This document shows, one piece after another, positions 26,436 through 34,305 of a stretch of 44,163 nucleotides of DNA. The translations under genes were made by a program, and so were the position numbers. The first letter of the stretch is position 1. Each line of letters starts with the position of its first letter. Below the pieces are notes generated by a model. It did not search any database and was not told where the DNA came from. It saw only the letters and a program-made list of their open reading frames with translations. The stretch is from a virus: the IMG/VR virus record IMGVR_UViG_3300019886_000002; one strand, 5' to 3'.

Positions 26436-28274
26436 TTACCAGGGGATTGTAAAGCCCATGCCCTGCAGCAACAGGCGGAGGTTGGTCTTAGTAATCTCAC
26501 CATTGGCGCCAGACCACATGATGCCCATCACACATTCGGTAGCACAGGACGTTCCGCCGTTGGCACCCCAGCCCTTGAGGCCATCGTTGGTCGCTGCGGA
26601 ATAGGTACCCACAATCTCTTCCACGAGGGTATACATGCGGTCAGAGGCGTTGGTACGGTCATGAACAATGCAGATTGGTGAAATATTCAAGGCTATAGGA
26701 TTAACAGTACCTTGCGTCGTAACGCCATCGATCTGAATGATCGCATGTGGCACATTGTTGGCACCGATTTCAAATGCGTGTGTACCATTACTCAATCCAG
26801 CACAGAATCGTGCCGCTGCGGGTGTCCCAATAAATTGACCAAGCCATACCCAGGTCTGTGAGGTAGTACCCGGGTTAGGACCAGTGCCCGATGCCATGGC
26901 AAATCGTGTGGCCTGGCCAGCAGGGATAACTACGGCTTTGCGCGTCCAAGCCGTGCCTGTGACAGTATTCTGGTATGTGGGTGTACCAGCGGCAGTGAGT
27001 GTCAATGCTCCCACAGAATCCGCCAAGTTACCAGAAGCCTCTTGCATCTGCCAACAGGAATTGGGTGTGGCCACCGGGTTACCAATTGCGTTCAGAAAGG
27101 TTACCCACTCAGAGCTATTGGCTGGGGTATAAATTCCTGAGGCTGCATCGCGAGTAACACCGCCGATAGAAGCAAAGACTGTAATCGGTACGGTCTTGGT
27201 ATCCGTAGCACCGAGGTTGTCAGTAACGGTCAACGCGATGTTGTAAGTGCCCGCTCCACCAAATGTATGAACGGGGTTTTGAGCGGAAGACGTTGTGTTA
27301 TCACCAAAGTCCCAATGCCAGGCTGCAATAGACCCATCATAATCTACCGACGTATCTGTGCAGGTAACCACCAGGTTGTTGGCAGCCAATGTGAACGTAG
27401 ACACAGGACGAAGGTTCATGCCAAGCGCCTGTGCCACCCCAACAGCAATTTTCTTACCAACTGCCACGTGCCCGTTGGCGTTATAGTGAATGTTATCTGT
27501 ATCCAGCGCAATACCGTCTTCAATAACTAGACGAGAGTTGGCGTCACTAGTCACATAGTTGGCTTGTGCTGTACGTACTGTGGCTAGGAACGGGCAAACC
27601 GCGGGGTCTGTGGCAGAATTGATTTTACAGACAACCACGGGAACATTACCAAATCCAGCCGCCGCAAACTGTGTGCGCCAATAGCTGTAGAGATTCGTGA
27701 TATTAGTTTGATATGCGTTGGCAGTACCAGAGTTACCGGCATCTGATGTCCCGTGAGCATGGATAATAACGATGCGGTTGGCTGCCATCTGGCTAGCCGC
27801 GGATAGCATGTAGGCTGCCCACTGACCGGCTAGGTTGGGTATCTGTCCAGTTGGGTACGTACCGTTGTACAGCCAGTTGGCTGCTACTGTAGTGTCATCC
27901 AGAGCCATCTTGGCCACGCCCCACTGTAGTGGCACGGAGTAGTCAAGAACCTCAGCCGCAGACATCTCGTGACCAAAACGCACAGCAGAACCTGGCACGG
28001 GGTAGATTACCGGCGACAGGTTCTGGATAGTGTACTCGGTCCATACCGGCGGATCATTGTTGCCATCGCACTTCATAACGTATTTGACGTTAGGATAGGC
28101 GTTGCCATACACCGCGTTGGGCACTGATAAGCCGGCTGGATCACCCGTTCCACGTGTCTGTGACTGACCCGCAAAAGCAAGCAACACCTTAGGAGTCACT
28201 ACTCCCTCGATGTAGGTGCTTAGGCCGTTCCCGGACAACCGGGGCACAGATGATGGTGAGAACGTAATAATCAC
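26436..28274 (-). CDS. tail fibre/spike with SGNH (SASA-type) carbohydrate esterase, PKD and lectin-like domains
   Basis: AGQSQTRG (GQSN-type block), HAHGTSDAG and TDNIHYN (D-x-x-H). PKD signature WHWDFGDNTTSSAQNPVHTFGGAGTYNIALTVTDNLGATD. C-terminal beta-rich region of about 230 aa. GTG start. Confidence 0.75.
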   Translation of the reverse strand: MIITFSPSSVPRLSGNGLSTYIEGVVTPKVLLAFAGQSQTRGTGDPAGLSVPNAVYGNAYPNVKYVMKCDGNNDPPVWTEYTIQNLSPVIYPVPGSAVRFGHEMSAAEVLDYSVPLQWGVAKMALDDTTVAANWLYNGTYPTGQIPNLAGQWAAYMLSAASQMAANRIVIIHAHGTSDAGNSGTANAYQTNITNLYSYWRTQFAAAGFGNVPVVVCKINSATDPAVCPFLATVRTAQANYVTSDANSRLVIEDGIALDTDNIHYNANGHVAVGKKIAVGVAQALGMNLRPVSTFTLAANNLVVTCTDTSVDYDGSIAAWHWDFGDNTTSSAQNPVHTFGGAGTYNIALTVTDNLGATDTKTVPITVFASIGGVTRDAASGIYTPANSSEWVTFLNAIGNPVATPNSCWQMQEASGNLADSVGALTLTAAGTPTYQNTVTGTAWTRKAVVIPAGQATRFAMASGTGPNPGTTSQTWVWLGQFIGTPAAARFCAGLSNGTHAFEIGANNVPHAIIQIDGVTTQGTVNPIALNISPICIVHDRTNASDRMYTLVEEIVGTYSAATNDGLKGWGANGGTSCATECVMGIMWSGANGEITKTNLRLLLQGMGFTIPW

Positions 28275-28563
28275 GCGCTGCCTTTAGCCCGCGGCGTCTC
28301 ACAGCAACCACCATGGTCACGGTACGCACTTGCAGGCCCTAGAAATTGGCTGCCGTTGAGGTAATGATCCACTCCCTGGTATGTGGCCCCACGGTGTAAC
28401 TTGGGCCGGGCTTCTCGTCTAAGCTCTGGGGATCGCACCCAGCATCTGATGGTTCCAAACCACCCGAGTCCCTATTGACTCTTCGCCTAGAAAGCTCCGC
28501 GTTATCGAAGCACGGGACCCGCTCTACTCCACTGCTGAACGCATGGCCGAGGTCCTAGTCTCT

Positions 28564-28592
28564 TATATACACCCCAACAGCATCCCTGTCAA
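28564..28592 (-). promoter_or_regulatory. sigma70-type late-operon promoter
   Basis: The minus strand reads TTGACA-17 nt-TATATA (plus-strand tgtcaa 28587-28592 and tatata 28564-28569). It lies about 283 nt upstream of the tail-fibre start. Confidence 0.6.
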
Positions 28593-28983
28593 GCGGTATG
28601 TGTATCAATCGTGCCGGGGCAAGTATTTCTTGACAGCCCGTACTTGGTAGCCGCTTTGAATATCGGTAACCTTGCTGCCCTGACGCGTCTTCCGGTTCGT
28701 CTGTCGACTCACCCCGACTTGTCACAGGAACAGGCAAGACCCTCAGCAACTATACTGCTAGGTCCCAACTTTGTCAAATTTTTTAGTTGTAACATCTTGG
28801 GGAGGGTTAACAGGGTACCCGGTAATTAAACCCAGTGACGCTCAGCAATACGCCACAGCTTAATTACCTCGCGTGTTTTGGAACCTGTGATAGGCACGAA
28901 TTAACCGGGGTATTTAAGGTATAACCTGGAAGGCTGATCGCGCGTAGCAAATATCGTGCCAAAAGGGGGAAGCACCCCCGGGG

Positions 28984-29042
28984 GTAGTGTGCCAGGGTGT
29001 ACAGCCCCCACTACCCGTAGTGTGTGGGGTCTACAGCCCCCA
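28984..29042. repeat. two imperfect direct repeats GTAGTGTG-N7/8-TACAGCCCCCA
   Basis: Units at 28984-29010 and 29017-29042, read directly. Flanked by hairpin ggggg-aagca-ccccc (28965-28979) and the 12-bp palindrome ggtctgcagacc (29061-29072). Confidence 0.7.
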
Positions 29043-29164
29043 ACTGAATAATACCGCTAGGGTCTGCAGACCCCAGGCCGCTCCCGACGTGTAGGCAATT
29101 GCACCCAATGCAATCATTCTTGTGACAGACGGCCAACCGGGCCTGCGTGACTGCCGCAGAACGG

Positions 29165-29192
29165 TTAGAAACTGTCACAATTCCAGTAGAAT
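29165..29192 (+). promoter_or_regulatory. candidate early promoter
   Basis: TTAGAA-16 nt-TAGAAT with a TGTCACA motif inside the spacer. The -35 element is weak. Confidence 0.3.
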
Positions 29193-29303
29193 ACAGCAGG
29201 AATAACGGGTTTAGTGTGCATGATCCTCGTACACGCCTCGTCAAGGGTCTCACAGGCCTCACCAAGCCCGTCACAAGCTGCAACTCAAATCATTGGCACA
29301 GTC

Positions 29304-29351
29304 GTTCAGGTGACAGTCATGTCAAGCGTTCAGGTGACAGTCATGTCAAGC
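29304..29351. repeat. perfect 24-bp tandem repeat x2 (iteron/operator-like)
   Basis: gttcaggtgacagtcatgtcaagc occurs at 29304-29327 and 29328-29351. Each copy contains inverted arms TGACA-gtca-TGTCA. Confidence 0.9.
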
Positions 29352-29547
29352 CCGATGCAATGGCATAGAACTTGCTAACACGGTCATAACTGCTCCCACT
29401 GTGAAAAGTTTGCGTAGTCAGGCTACGGATCGCGACACAGATGTCAGAGTTTTGAAGCAGCAATCTAGCCAACATGCTGTAATCATTGGTTGGCAAGGCC
29501 CTTGCACCTTGTTGGATCGTCCGAAGCCCACAACCCCTGGAGACCCC

Positions 29548-29817
29548 ATGACCCACGAAGACATCGCCGCTCTTACCCTTGTCAACATCCTCAACCACCT
29601 CACCACGTCCGAGCGCTTCTACCCCACACTGCGACACGCCCTACTCATGCATGACCCGTTCTACTGCCTTCCCCCGGGCTCATGCAACAGCGACTACCAA
29701 CGGCTTTCCTACGCCAGCGAGTTGATGCTGGCGCTCGACCTGCCCTGTATCCTCATGGTAGTAGGCTCCGACAGCACCCCGGACTATGAGGCTGTTATCG
29801 TTTGTGAAGTGACGTGA
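29548..29817 (+). CDS. hypothetical protein (first early gene)
   Basis: ATG 29548 with GGAG 7 nt upstream. 89 aa. Confidence 0.55.
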   Translation: MTHEDIAALTLVNILNHLTTSERFYPTLRHALLMHDPFYCLPPGSCNSDYQRLSYASELMLALDLPCILMVVGSDSTPDYEAVIVCEVT

Positions 29818-29906
29818 TGGTAATCGATATCAACCCATGGCTTGCCGCGTTTATCATGCTGGCATGCGTCTACATCGTCCACATCCTCACACACAAGGAG
29901 CGCTAA
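29817..29906 (+). CDS. small membrane peptide (29 aa)
   Basis: TGATG coupling. MVIDINPWLAAFIMLACVYIVHILTHKER has one TM segment. Ends 1 nt before the next start. Confidence 0.4.
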   Translation: MVIDINPWLAAFIMLACVYIVHILTHKER

Positions 29907-29907
29907 C

Positions 29908-31185
29908 ATGTCTGACAACATCGAAATCGAGCTAGACTCCACACCCAGCGACCCACGCTTCACCGAGCGCAAGACCCCACCTGCTACGCCAATTGCAATT
30001 GTACGGGCTGCAGTGGCGTCACAGGAGGCGGATCTCACCCTTGGCCAGTGCAAGGGTATCACGCGCATGTTCGTTAACATGGCAGCATGGTTCACGGCAC
30101 GTGCCACCGAACGAGAGACTCAGCAAGCCAATGAGGCAGCACGCGAGGCTGAATCCGCACGGGCTTGGCAAGCTAATCATGCAGCCCAAATGGCAGCAAT
30201 CACAGCCCCTGTGGTAGTCGTGCAAGAGCCTACACGAGCCCCACTGATCAGCCGTCGGGACATCGTGCTCGGTGCTGCGACCGTGAACAGTGGCGTGGTC
30301 ACGGGCTGGAACGGCCAGGGTGAGCTAACCCACGCACAAACTGTGGAGCTACTGACTACCAATGGCTTCCCTGTTGATTGGGCACCCTCTCCCAAGTCGG
30401 CTCTTGCGCATGCAGGCTTCGCACTGAGCCTTCTGAACGCCTCGGGTAGTGTGGTACGTGCGGACCGTGGCGGACGTCGTCGGGGCCAGCGTCTCATGTC
30501 CAATGATGGCAGGGTGCGACAGTTCTCGGGCCGTTGGATCGTTGGTACCGCAGCTGCGGGGACTGGAGAGGTGGGAGAGGGCTTTGGTCGCATTGTGGTG
30601 ACGGCAGTACTATTCATGGACGGGCGCTTGGAGTGTGCGGGTGACCCTGACATCTGTGCCCGCGTGACTGCAGATTACCAGCGCCGGGTTGACGAGGAAA
30701 TCTTCCCAGCTGCAGAGATCACCATGTGGTTGCGTGACCTACTGCAGTACCGATTCCGGGCTGTGAGAATGGGGGGCGTTTGGTATATCCCTCACAAGTT
30801 TGCGGCGGATGCCACTAGGCTCGTTGCAGCCGTGGCCACCGTGTGGGGCCTTGACTGGCTGAGTCCTCCACTGCCGATGTCGACCAGCGAACAGCTCATG
30901 GCCGGCTTGGCACAGGGCCTGATCCGTGAGGCACGCATCGTGCTAGAGTCGCTGGAAACCCAACGCGCTGCAGCCCGTGAGAAGGGGGCTTCTGAGATCG
31001 GTACGCGTGCCGCCTCTACCATCTACGAGCGTCTACAGACCGTTGCAGAGCGTGCCAAGGGCTATGCGGACCTGCTCGGAGCCCACTACGTTGACCAGAT
31101 CCGTACAGAGCTGCAGACTGCGATGGATCTGGTACAGCCGCTCTGTGACGATGTGTCACTCCGTTACGCCGCGATGGATTTGTAA
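29908..31185 (+). CDS. hypothetical 425-aa protein
   Basis: ATG 29908 with AAGGAG 8 nt upstream. N-terminal coiled-coil-like region with a larger C-terminal domain containing GGVWYIPHKF. I recognise no family with confidence. Confidence 0.65.
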   Translation: MSDNIEIELDSTPSDPRFTERKTPPATPIAIVRAAVASQEADLTLGQCKGITRMFVNMAAWFTARATERETQQANEAAREAESARAWQANHAAQMAAITAPVVVVQEPTRAPLISRRDIVLGAATVNSGVVTGWNGQGELTHAQTVELLTTNGFPVDWAPSPKSALAHAGFALSLLNASGSVVRADRGGRRRGQRLMSNDGRVRQFSGRWIVGTAAAGTGEVGEGFGRIVVTAVLFMDGRLECAGDPDICARVTADYQRRVDEEIFPAAEITMWLRDLLQYRFRAVRMGGVWYIPHKFAADATRLVAAVATVWGLDWLSPPLPMSTSEQLMAGLAQGLIREARIVLESLETQRAAAREKGASEIGTRAASTIYERLQTVAERAKGYADLLGAHYVDQIRTELQTAMDLVQPLCDDVSLRYAAMDL

Positions 31186-31189
31186 GGCC

Positions 31190-31453
31190 ATGCATGGCAT
31201 TGTACAAGCATCGATCTGGCAAGCCCGTGAGATGACCGGAACTGAACATAGCCTAGCTTGGCTGTGGGAACATCACACGCTAGCCGCGGTACACTGGGAT
31301 CGCGATCAACCTGGGGATTTTGCTGAGGGTTTGGCTCCTAGGGTTTATGCTCTAGAGGCGTGCGAGGCTGCGTTTGTTATATACCCTGCCAACTATGGTG
31401 ACGTGGCCTACGCGTACGTAGAGGACCCCGTGCCGCACTGGGAAGAAATCTAG
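31190..31453 (+). CDS. hypothetical protein
   Basis: ATG 31190, 4 nt after the upstream stop. 87 aa. Confidence 0.55.
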   Translation: MHGIVQASIWQAREMTGTEHSLAWLWEHHTLAAVHWDRDQPGDFAEGLAPRVYALEACEAAFVIYPANYGDVAYAYVEDPVPHWEEI

Positions 31454-31463
31454 GACCCCAGAC

Positions 31464-31492
31464 CGATCGAGCCGGCTCTTGACACTCGATCG
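31464..31492. promoter_or_regulatory. 8-bp inverted repeat cgatcgag / ctcgatcg upstream of the ParB-like gene
   Basis: Arms at 31464-31471 and 31485-31492, with TTGACA (31479-31484) in the loop. Could be a hairpin, operator or parS-like site; function unknown. Confidence 0.3.
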
Positions 31493-31543
31493 ACCGATGG
31501 TTACGTAGATTTTCGAGAGACAACCTCAACAAAGGAAACGACA

Positions 31544-32386
31544 ATGGCAGACAAGCAAGACTCAACGCGCCGCACTTACGAAATGATGGACCCCCACGCG
31601 ATCACGATCGTGGGCCTCGATACACAGGATGGTCCCTCACACCCACTGTACGATGACCGCTTCAACGCACCACTGGACCCCGCCCTCATGGAGAATATCA
31701 AACGCTTTGGCGTGCTTAAGCCAGCGTTCGTGCAGCGGGATGGTGACGTGGTGAACGCGGTAGACGGTCGACGCCGTATCCTCCATGCCCGTGCACTCAA
31801 CCTCACGGGCCTGGATATCAAGGTGCCAGTCATCTTCAAGCGTGCAGGCGAAGCAGACATGTATGCCATTGCCAGGAGTGCCAATCGCTTCCAGCTGGAC
31901 GAGTCACCGATCAACAATGCCAAACAGGCACAACGCATGCTTGACCTGGGTGGCAACATGTCCGACGTCGCAGTCACGTTCGGTGTGAGTCCCCAGACTG
32001 TGGAAGATTGGACCAAGCTCCTTGATTTGGAGCCCGCAGTGCAGTCACAGATCCACACGGGGGAAGTCTCGGTCAACGCGGGCCTTGCCCTGGCCGAGCT
32101 TCCCAAGGCACTCCAAGGGGCAACGTTGGACAGCATCCGCGCCACGGGACAGAAGCCATCAGCCGAGAAGGTTGTCGCTGCTGTTCGCGCTGCCAAGGGT
32201 AAGCAAGCGCCCCAGACCCCCAAGATTCGCCTTGGGAAGATTGAGGACTATCTCATCAAGCTCAGCAAGCTTGGGGCCGATCCCAGCAAAGAGGCCGTGG
32301 TGGAAACGCTCTCCAAGATCTGTGTTACGGTTACTGGCAAGAATTTTGCCCGCTACGTGGCGTCTCTTCAGCCCAAGGAGGACTAG
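31544..32386 (+). CDS. ParB-like nuclease-domain / partition-family DNA-binding protein
   Basis: LKPAFVQRDGDVVNAVDGRRRILHA matches the ParB N-terminal GxRR box. HTH-like MSDVAVTFGVSPQTVEDW. AAGGAAA lies upstream of the ATG. Confidence 0.75.
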   Translation: MADKQDSTRRTYEMMDPHAITIVGLDTQDGPSHPLYDDRFNAPLDPALMENIKRFGVLKPAFVQRDGDVVNAVDGRRRILHARALNLTGLDIKVPVIFKRAGEADMYAIARSANRFQLDESPINNAKQAQRMLDLGGNMSDVAVTFGVSPQTVEDWTKLLDLEPAVQSQIHTGEVSVNAGLALAELPKALQGATLDSIRATGQKPSAEKVVAAVRAAKGKQAPQTPKIRLGKIEDYLIKLSKLGADPSKEAVVETLSKICVTVTGKNFARYVASLQPKED

Positions 32387-32428
32387 TGGCAGAAGTGTAG
32401 TAGCACGTAGCTTGCACAGGCTTGCGTA

Positions 32429-32656
32429 ATGCGAGCCGATGGAGGTTATATGCACCCCTATCGAGACGACGAAATCACCTGGACCACAAACCTGAAACTC
32501 ATGGCATTCAATCACAACCTCAGCAACGCGTTGTTTTGCGCAATGCGTTACCCACGTGTGGCTGTGACATGTGCACGTCGGGCACTGCGACTAGCTCGTG
32601 AGCTTCGCAACCCGGCGTTGATGTACTTGGCCAACGAAACCCTGGGGGTCCTGTGA
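32429..32656 (+). CDS. hypothetical protein
   Basis: 75-aa ORF. An alternative ATG at 32450 has GGAGG upstream. Confidence 0.5.
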   Translation: MRADGGYMHPYRDDEITWTTNLKLMAFNHNLSNALFCAMRYPRVAVTCARRALRLARELRNPALMYLANETLGVL

Positions 32657-33036
32657 AACTCCTCGCTCAAGCCGTCCTAGCGCTCTGTGGGGCCTGTGGG
32701 GAGGACACTGCCGTCACGGATACAGTGGTGGATGCGGCCTTGGCTGACTCCAATTCAGGTTGGCACACATCTCCAGACGCTGCAGACTGTGACGCCTGTG
32801 CCTACTTTGAAGGCGTACTATCCCAGGAGAGTAACACGGTGTGCATAGCCCGCTGGACAGGCCCCGAGATGGGGTTCCCCTGGGGTGTGACCATACCAAG
32901 CAAGATCTCTGGTGATGGTACAGGACATGCGTTTGCTGTACCTACCTGGACAGACCCACAGGGCCACAAGGGTGTGCTGCTGATCAAGCCTGGCGGCTGT
33001 TTTTGGGACCTGTGTACCAACATGGTGGGAGAGTGA
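32653..33036 (+). CDS. hypothetical secreted protein
   Basis: GTG start overlaps the upstream stop. Signal-peptide-like MKLLAQAVLALCGACG. Cys-rich. Confidence 0.5.
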   Translation: MKLLAQAVLALCGACGEDTAVTDTVVDAALADSNSGWHTSPDAADCDACAYFEGVLSQESNTVCIARWTGPEMGFPWGVTIPSKISGDGTGHAFAVPTWTDPQGHKGVLLIKPGGCFWDLCTNMVGE

Positions 33037-33161
33037 CAGTCCGAATCATAGCCCCGCATTTTGTGGCGGGGGTCATCCGTCTACAAAAGCCGAGCCTCAG
33101 CGTTACATTACACGGGTTGCGCAACCGCGGTTAAAATCCGCGTTACACTGGAGATTCTACC

Positions 33162-33338
33162 TTGAGAGATACACTATTCACCCTTGCGAATGCGTACACG
33201 GCATTCCTGGCTGCAGTAGAAAGCAAGAACGGCTTTGCGGCATGGGCCTTGCAAGAGCAATGTCAGAGGATCGACCGCAGAAGAGCTAGCAGACCGAACC
33301 ATCCGATCCTCCTGGCACTAGAAATGAGCGAACCATAA
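33162..33338 (+). CDS. small hypothetical protein (58 aa, TTG start)
   Basis: TTG 33162 with GGAG 9 nt upstream. TAATG coupling to the next gene. Below the ORF-track cutoff. Confidence 0.35.
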   Translation: MRDTLFTLANAYTAFLAAVESKNGFAAWALQEQCQRIDRRRASRPNHPILLALEMSEP

Positions 33339-33604
33339 TGGGACTGGGACTGGGACTGGAAATGTATGCTAGGGTCATGGAGCAATGGAAGCCAGGTGAC
33401 GGCATTGAAAGCGATGCATCATTTTACGCGCGTGTGTTCTACGTTTGTGGAAACGATTTAACTGGCACAGTCAAAGCCGTTTTAGCAGCCGCCGAGCAAT
33501 GCGGGCTTAGACGCCTAGGAATGGAGGATACGTGGCCAAAGACTACTCAATCACAGGGCTGGAGTCTGTACTTCGTGCCTATCATCCCGACCACTACACC
33601 ATAA
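33338..33604 (+). CDS. hypothetical protein
   Basis: 88 aa. The 5' end carries (GGGACT)x3, encoding GLGLGL. Confidence 0.5.
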   Translation: MGLGLGLEMYARVMEQWKPGDGIESDASFYARVFYVCGNDLTGTVKAVLAAAEQCGLRRLGMEDTWPKTTQSQGWSLYFVPIIPTTTP

Positions 33605-33759
33605 CCTTCGCGTTGCTAGACGTGTGGGATATGCCGTGGTCTAGCCGACGTGCACGGTTCGCGGTGTGGGCACTATTCAAGGGGGAGCTGTGCTTGCAAG
33701 GATTGGGCCACTTTATCCTAAATGAGGAGCCCCTCCCGGAAGTACACCAGAAAGACTAG
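33532..33759 (+). CDS. hypothetical protein
   Basis: GTG 33532 with GGAGG 4 nt upstream. Overlaps the previous ORF by 73 nt. Confidence 0.5.
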   Translation: MAKDYSITGLESVLRAYHPDHYTITFALLDVWDMPWSSRRARFAVWALFKGELCLQGLGHFILNEEPLPEVHQKD

Positions 33760-33796
33760 TGTGCGCGCATACTTATAACTATTTTAATGTGCGCCG

Positions 33797-33825
33797 TTGA
33801 CACAGTGAGATGCACGATCTACAGT
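33797..33825 (+). promoter_or_regulatory. near-consensus sigma70 promoter
   Basis: TTGACA (33797-33802), 17-nt spacer, TACAGT (33820-33825). Preceded by the AT-rich stretch acttataactattttaat. Confidence 0.6.
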
Positions 33826-34074
33826 CTTTTTTGCTCGGATGCGATTCTTGCTGTCAGCGTTCCCTCCCGACGTGCGTTTGGCGCGATACTTGCATTCGAG
33901 CACTGTTTCTGCTCCTACCGTAGGGCTTGCAGGTCCACTCGTGAGAGGTCGCCATGTGGACTGGCAATCGAGGCAAACTACCACAGCAACCTTGGTGCGA
34001 TTGCAGTGTATAGGCCTTGGTTCTAGCGGGCTGTCTACCGCAGATCATGACTGAGTAGGAGCACGGAGGTAACT

Positions 34075-34305
34075 ATGGGAATGCGTACGTCAAAGAAGGC
34101 TCAGCACGATCGAGCCAAACAGATCGTGGCCAAACGAATCAGTGAACGTGCTATCCGAGCCAAGGGCAAGATGGCAGGGCTCGCTGCGGAAACCCTGGGA
34201 TCGCAACACTATGACGATCCTGAAGACGTTCCGGATCCACTTGATGAAGTCTTGAGCGATGTTGCTCAAGCTATGACAGAACCTGAAGAGAAAGAAACAC
34301 CATGA
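34075..34305 (+). CDS. hypothetical protein (basic N-terminus, acidic C-terminus)
   Basis: GGAGGT 5 nt upstream of the ATG. 76 aa. Confidence 0.6.
   Translation: MGMRTSKKAQHDRAKQIVAKRISERAIRAKGKMAGLAAETLGSQHYDDPEDVPDPLDEVLSDVAQAMTEPEEKETP

Noticed and set aside
29304-29351. 24-bp tandem repeat as a CRISPR-like array
   Set aside because: There are only two copies, directly abutting with no spacers, and no cas genes.
28555-29368. ORFs 28555-28749(-), 28611-28829(+), 29011-29283(-) and 29147-29368(+) as small regulators (for example Cro/CI-like)
   Set aside because: They overlap one another, lack ribosome-binding sites, show no helix-turn-helix pattern, and are crossed by the promoter and repeat elements. 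One owes its length to translating the tandem repeat.
33839-34054. 71-aa ORF inside the leader downstream of the 33797 promoter
   Set aside because: It has no ribosome-binding site, would start about 7 nt from the predicted transcript start, and has an Arg/Ser/Thr-rich composition that looks unstructured. It is treated as non-coding leader and left unresolved.
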